64,000 nucleotides of DNA from the human T2T-CHM13v2.0 reference genome, Homo sapiens: NCBI RefSeq assembly GCF_009914755.1, contig NC_060933.1; one strand, given 5' to 3'. The position numbers and the translations under genes are program-made. This document shows, piece by piece, positions 58,355 through 64,000 of the stretch. The notes below the pieces were generated by a model. That model worked only from the letters and a program-made list of their open reading frames with translations, did no database searches and had not been told where the DNA came from. Positions within the stretch are counted from its first letter, which is position 1, and every line of letters starts with the position of its first letter.

Positions 58355-61300
58355 GAATGGAATGGAATGGAATGGAACGGAATGGAATGGAATGGAATGG
58401 AATGGAATGGAATGGAATGGAACGGAACGGAATGGAATGGAATGCAATGGAATGGAATGGAAAGGAATGGAATGAACGCGAGTGCAGGGGATTGGAATGT
58501 AATGGAATGCAATGGAATGTAATCTTCCGGAATGGAATGGAATGCAATGCAATGGATTCAACTCGATTGCAATGGAATGGAATGGAATGGAATTGAATGC
58601 AAGGGATTCATCTCGATTGCAATGGAATGGAATAGAATGGAATGGAATGGAATGCAATGGAATTAACCCGAATAAAATGGAATGGAATGGAATGGAACGG
58701 AACGGAACAGAACGGAATGGAATGGAATGGAATGGAATGGTATTGAATGGAATGGAATGGTACGGAATAGAATGGAATGGAACGAATTGTAATGGAATGG
58801 AATTGAATGGAATGGAATGGAATGGAATGGAATCAACGCGAGTTCAGGGGAATGTAATGGAACGGAATGCAATGGAATGGAATCATCCGCAATATAATGG
58901 AATGGAATGGAATGGAATGGAATCAACCCGAGTGCAATGGAGTGGAGTGGAATGGAATGGAATGAAATGGAACAACCCTAATGGAATGGAATGTAATGCA
59001 GAGTAAGGGAGTTGAATAGAATCAATCCGAATGTAATGGAATGGAATGCAACGGAATGGAATGGAATGGAATGGAATGGAATGGAATGCAATGGAATTGA
59101 ATCAACCCGAGTACAATGGAATGGAATGGAATGGAATGGAATGGAAGGGAATGGAATGGAATGGAATGATACGGAATAGAATGGAATGGAACGAAATGGA
59201 ATGGAATGGAATGGAATGGAATGGAATGGAATGGAATGGAATGGAATCGTTCCGAGTGGAATAGGAGGGAATGTATTCGAGTGGAATGGAAAGGAATGGA
59301 ATCAACCAGAGTGGAATGGAAGGGAATGGAATGGAATGGAAACTAATAGAATGGAATCAACCCGAGAGGAATGGAATGGAAAGGACTGGAATGGAATGGA
59401 ATGGAATGGAATCAACTCGATTGTAATGGAATGGAATGGAATGGAATCGAATGGAATGGAATTAACCCGAATACAATGCAATGGAATGGAACGGAAAGGA
59501 ATGGAATTGAATGGAATGGAATGGAATGGAATGCAATCAACGCGAGTGCAGGGGAATGGAATGTAATGGAATGTAATGGAATGGAATCTTCCGGAATGGA
59601 ATGGAATGGAATGGAATCAACCCGAGTGCAATGGAATGGAGTGGAATGGAATGGAATGGAATGGAACAACCCGAATGGAATCGAATGTAATGGAGAGTAA
59701 GGGAGTTGAATAGAATCAATCCGAATGTAATGGAATGGAATGGAATGGAATGGAATGGAATGGAATGGAATGGACTGCAATGGAATGGCATCAACCCGAG
59801 TGCAATGGAATGGAGAGGAATGGAATGGAATGGAGTGGAAACTACCCGAATGGAATGGAATGTAATGAAGTGTAAGGGAATTGAATAGAATCAATCCGAA
59901 TGTAATGGAATGGAATGGAACGGAATGGAATGGAATGGAATGGAATGGAATGGAATGCAATGGAATGGAATCAACCCGAGTGCAATCGAATGGAATCGAA
60001 TGGAATGGACTGCAATGGAATGGATTCAACTTGAATGGAATGGAAAGAATGGAATCAACACGAGTGGAATGGCATGGATTGGAATGGAATGGAATGGAAT
60101 CAACCCGAGTACAGGGGAATGGAATGGAATGGAATGCAATGGAATGGAATCATCCGTAATGGAATGGAAAGGAATGGAATGGAATGGAATGGAATGGAAT
60201 GGAATGGAATCAACTCGATTGCAATCGAATGGAATGGAATGGAATTAACCCGAATAGAATGGAATGGAATGGAATGGAACGGAATGGAATGGAATGGAAT
60301 GGAATAGAATGGAACGGAACGGAATGGAATGGAATGGAATGGAATGGAATGGAATGGAATCAATGCGAGTGCAGGGGAATGGAATGGAATGGAATGCAAT
60401 GGAATGGAATCTTCCGGAATGGAATGGAATGGAATGGAATGGAATGGAATGGAATGAAATGCAATGGATTAAACTCGATTGCAATGGAATGGAATAGAAT
60501 GGAATGGAATGGAATGGAATGGAATTAACCCGAATAGAATGGAATGGAATACAATGGAACGGAATGGAACGGAATGGAATGGAATGGAATGGAATGGAAT
60601 GGAATGGTATGGAATGGAATGGAATGGTACGGAATAGAATGGAATGGAACGAATGGTAATGGAATGGAATTGAATGGAATGGAATGGAATCAACGCGAGT
60701 GCAGGGGAATGTATTGGAACGGAAGGCAATGGAATGGAATCATCCGGAATGGAATGGAATGGAATGGAATGGAATCAACCCGAGTGCAATGAAATGGAGT
60801 GGAATGGAATGGAATGGAATGGAACAACCCGAATGGAATGGAATGTAATGGAGAGTAAGGGAGTTGAATAGTATCAATCCGAATGTAATGCAATGGAATG
60901 CAACGGAATGGAATGGAATGGAATGGAATGGAATGCAATGGAATGGAATCAACACGAGTACAATGGAATGGAATGGAATGGAATGGAATGGAATGGAATG
61001 GAATGGAATGCCTTCAAACCGAATGGAATGGAAAGGAATGGAATCAACAAGAGTGGAATGGAATGGAATGGAATGGAATGGAATGGAATGGAATGGAATG
61101 ATACGGAATAGAATGGAATGGAACGGAATGGAATGGAATGGAATGGAATGGAGTAGAATGGAATCGTTCCGAGTGGAATAGGAGGGAATGTATTCGAGTG
61201 GAATGGAAAGGAATGGAATCAACCAGAGTGGAATGGAAGGGAATGGAATGGAATGGAAACTAATAGAATGGAATCAACCCGAGTGGAATGGAATGGAAAG

Positions 61301-61920
61301 GACTGGAATGGAATGGAATGGAATGGAATGGAATGGAATCAACTCGATTGGAATGGAATGGAATGGAATGGAATGGAATTAACCCGAATACAATGGAATG
61401 GAATGGAATGGAACGGAATGGAGTGGAATGGAATGGAATCAACCCGAGTGCAGGGGAATGGAATGGAATGGAATGCAATGGAATGGAATCATCCGGAATG
61501 GAATGGAATGGAATGGAATGCAAAGCAATGGAATCAACTCGATTGCAATGGAATGGAATGGAATGGAACGGAACGGAATGGAATGGAATGGAATGGAATG
61601 GAATCAACGCGAGTGCAGGGGAATGGAATGGAATGGAATGAAATGGAATGGAATCTTCCGGAATGGAATGGAATGGAATGGAATGGAATGAAAGGCAATG
61701 GATTCAACTCGTTTGCAATGGAATGGAATAGAATGGAACGGAATGGAATGGAATGGAATGGAATGGAATGGAATGGAATGGAATGGAATCAACTCGATGG
61801 CAATCGAACGGAATGGAATGGAATTAACCCTAATAGAATGGAATCGAATGGAATGGAACGGAACGGAATGGAATGGAATGGAATGGAATGGAATGGAACG
61901 GAACGGAATGGAATGGAATG
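58355..61920 (+). repeat. 3,566-bp tandem duplication, copy 1
   Basis: Private words recur at +3566: AACGCGAGTGCAGGGGATTGG at 58475/62041, GCAAGGGATTCATCTCG, CATCCGCAATATAATG and ACAACCCTAATG. ORF pairs include 58512/62078 and 59910/63476. Confidence 0.93.
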
Positions 61921-64000
61921 GAATGGAATGGAATGGAATGGAACGGAATGGAATGGAATGGAATGGAATGGAATGGAATGGAATGGAACGGAACGGAATG
62001 GAATGGAATGCAATGGAATGGAATGGAAAGGAATGGAATGAACGCGAGTGCAGGGGATTGGAATGTAATGGAATGCAATGGAATGTAATCTTCCGGAATG
62101 GAATGGAATGCAATGCAATGGAATCAACTCGATTGCAATGGAATGGAATGGAATGGAATTGAATGCAAGGGATTCATCTCGATTGCAATGGAATGGAATA
62201 GAATGGAATGGAATGGAATGCAATGGAATTAACCCGAATAAAATGGAATGGAATGGAATGGAACGGAACGGAACAGAACGGAATGGAATGGAATGGAATG
62301 GAATGGTATTGAATGGAATGGAATGGTACGGAATAGAATGGAATGGAACGAATTGTAATGGAATGGAATTGAATGGAATGGAATGGAATGGAATGGAATC
62401 AACGCGAGTGCAGGGGAATGTAATGGAACGGAATGCAATGGAATGGAATCATCCGCAATATAATGGAATGGAATGGAATGGAATGGAATCAACCCGAGTG
62501 CAATGGAGTGGAGTGGAATGGAATGGAATGAAATGGAACAACCCTAATGGAATGGAATGTAATGCAGAGTAAGGGAGTTGAATAGAATCAATCCGAATGT
62601 AATGGAATGGAATGCAACGGAATGGAATGGAATGGAATGGAATGGAATGGAATGCAATGGAATTGAATCAACCCGAGTACAATGGAATGGAATGGAATGG
62701 AATGGAATGGAAGGGAATGGAATGGAATGGAATGATACGGAATAGAATGGAATGGAACGAAATGGAATGGAATGGAATGGAATGGAATGGAATGGAATGG
62801 AATGGAATGGAATCGTTCCGAGTGGAATAGGAGGGAATGTATTCGAGTGGAATGGAAAGGAATGGAATCAACCAGAGTGGAATGGAAGGGAATGGAATGG
62901 AATGGAAACTAATAGAATGGAATCAACCCGAGAGGAATGGAATGGAAAGGACTGGAATGGAATGGAATGGAATGGAATCAACTCGATTGTAATGGAATGG
63001 AATGGAATGGAATCGAATGGAATGGAATTAACCCGAATACAATGCAATGGAATGGAACGGAAAGGAATGGAATTGAATGGAATGGAATGGAATGGAATGC
63101 AATCAACGCGAGTGCAGGGGAATGGAATGTAATGGAATGTAATGGAATGGAATCTTCCGGAATGGAATGGAATGGAATGGAATCAACCCGAGTGCAATGG
63201 AATGGAGTGGAATGGAATGGAATGGAATGGAACAACCCGAATGGAATCGAATGTAATGGAGAGTAAGGGAGTTGAATAGAATCAATCCGAATGTAATGGA
63301 ATGGAATGGAATGGAATGGAATGGAATGGAATGGAATGGACTGCAATGGAATGGCATCAACCCGAGTGCAATGGAATGGAGAGGAATGGAATGGAATGGA
63401 GTGGAAACTACCCGAATGGAATGGAATGTAATGAAGTGTAAGGGAATTGAATAGAATCAATCCGAATGTAATGGAATGGAATGGAACGGAATGGAATGGA
63501 ATGGAATGGAATGGAATGGAATGCAATGGAATGGAATCAACCCGAGTGCAATCGAATGGAATCGAATGGAATGGACTGCAATGGAATGGATTCAACTTGA
63601 ATGGAATGGAAAGAATGGAATCAACACGAGTGGAATGGCATGGATTGGAATGGAATGGAATGGAATCAACCCGAGTACAGGGGAATGGAATGGAATGGAA
63701 TGCAATGGAATGGAATCATCCGTAATGGAATGGAAAGGAATGGAATGGAATGGAATGGAATGGAATGGAATGGAATCAACTCGATTGCAATCGAATGGAA
63801 TGGAATGGAATTAACCCGAATAGAATGGAATGGAATGGAATGGAACGGAATGGAATGGAATGGAATGGAATAGAATGGAACGGAACGGAATGGAATGGAA
63901 TGGAATGGAATGGAATGGAATGGAATCAATGCGAGTGCAGGGGAATGGAATGGAATGGAATGCAATGGAATGGAATCTTCCGGAATGGAATGGAATGGAA
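61921..64000 (+). repeat. 3,566-bp tandem duplication, copy 2 (truncated by window end)
   Basis: Collinear with 58355-60434. Two substitutions seen: GGATTCAAC/GGAATCAAC near 58557/62123 and GAGTTCAGG/GAGTGCAGG near 58844/62410. Confidence 0.93.

Larger units (their letters stand above)
1..64000 (+). repeat. Satellite III (HSat3) array: (GGAAT)n with interspersed CAACCCGA(G/A)T-type decamers, single orientation
   Basis: Every line is dominated by GGAAT pentamers. Interruptions are CAACCCGAGT, CAACTCGATT, TAACCCGAAT and CAACGCGAGT, which match the classical Sat III description. HSat2-type CATTCGATTC/GATGAT dominance is absent, as are unique sequence and (ATTCC)n tracts on the + strand. Confidence 0.97.

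Noticed and set aside
16-63965. Hundreds of ORFs encoding poly-WNGME (+) or poly-FHSIP (-), up to 410 aa (5388-6620)
   Set aside because: (GGAAT)n has no stop codon in any frame and an ATG in every unit, so long overlapping ORFs in all six frames are expected. There are no domains or gene structure. The same peptide is known from SCA31 (TGGAA)n repeat translation, but nothing here shows these ORFs are translated.
58355-64000. 3,566-bp period suggesting Y-chromosome DYZ1
   Set aside because: The period covers only the last 5.6 kb, and the sequence is much purer GGAAT with CAACCCGAGT words, unlike the highly diverged DYZ1 unit.
1-64000. Transposon insertion or strand-switch breakpoint
   Set aside because: I saw no non-satellite stretch, poly-A tail, target-site duplication or (ATTCC)n tract on the + strand.

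Overview
The whole 64 kb window is classical primate satellite DNA, most likely human Satellite III (HSat3). It is an uninterrupted (GGAAT)n array on the + strand, (ATTCC)n on the - strand, punctuated by CAACCCGA(G/A)T-type decamers and a small set of recurrent variant words. The word set (AATCAACCCGAGTGCAATCG, CAACCCGACTGCAGGGG) suggests the chr9q12-type array, but this is an inference. I see no genes, RNA genes, transposons, CRISPR arrays or strand inversions. All listed ORFs (poly-WNGME / poly-FHSIP) are translation artefacts of the pentamer. The real structure is internal: a near-identical 7,022-bp tandem duplication, a 3,566-bp tandem duplication running off the right edge, a ~1.36-kb duplication with an internal deletion, several 35-250 bp duplications, a cryptic two-loop ordering of variant words, and a 5-bp register that only slips by -1. 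Two dyad motifs recur about 40 times each in an otherwise strand-asymmetric array: a perfect heat-shock element GGAATCTTCCGGAAT (nGAAnnTTCnnGAAn) and a perfect 14-bp palindrome TCGATTGCAATCGA. Counts and coordinates were read by eye. I found no support for a novel protein-coding system.
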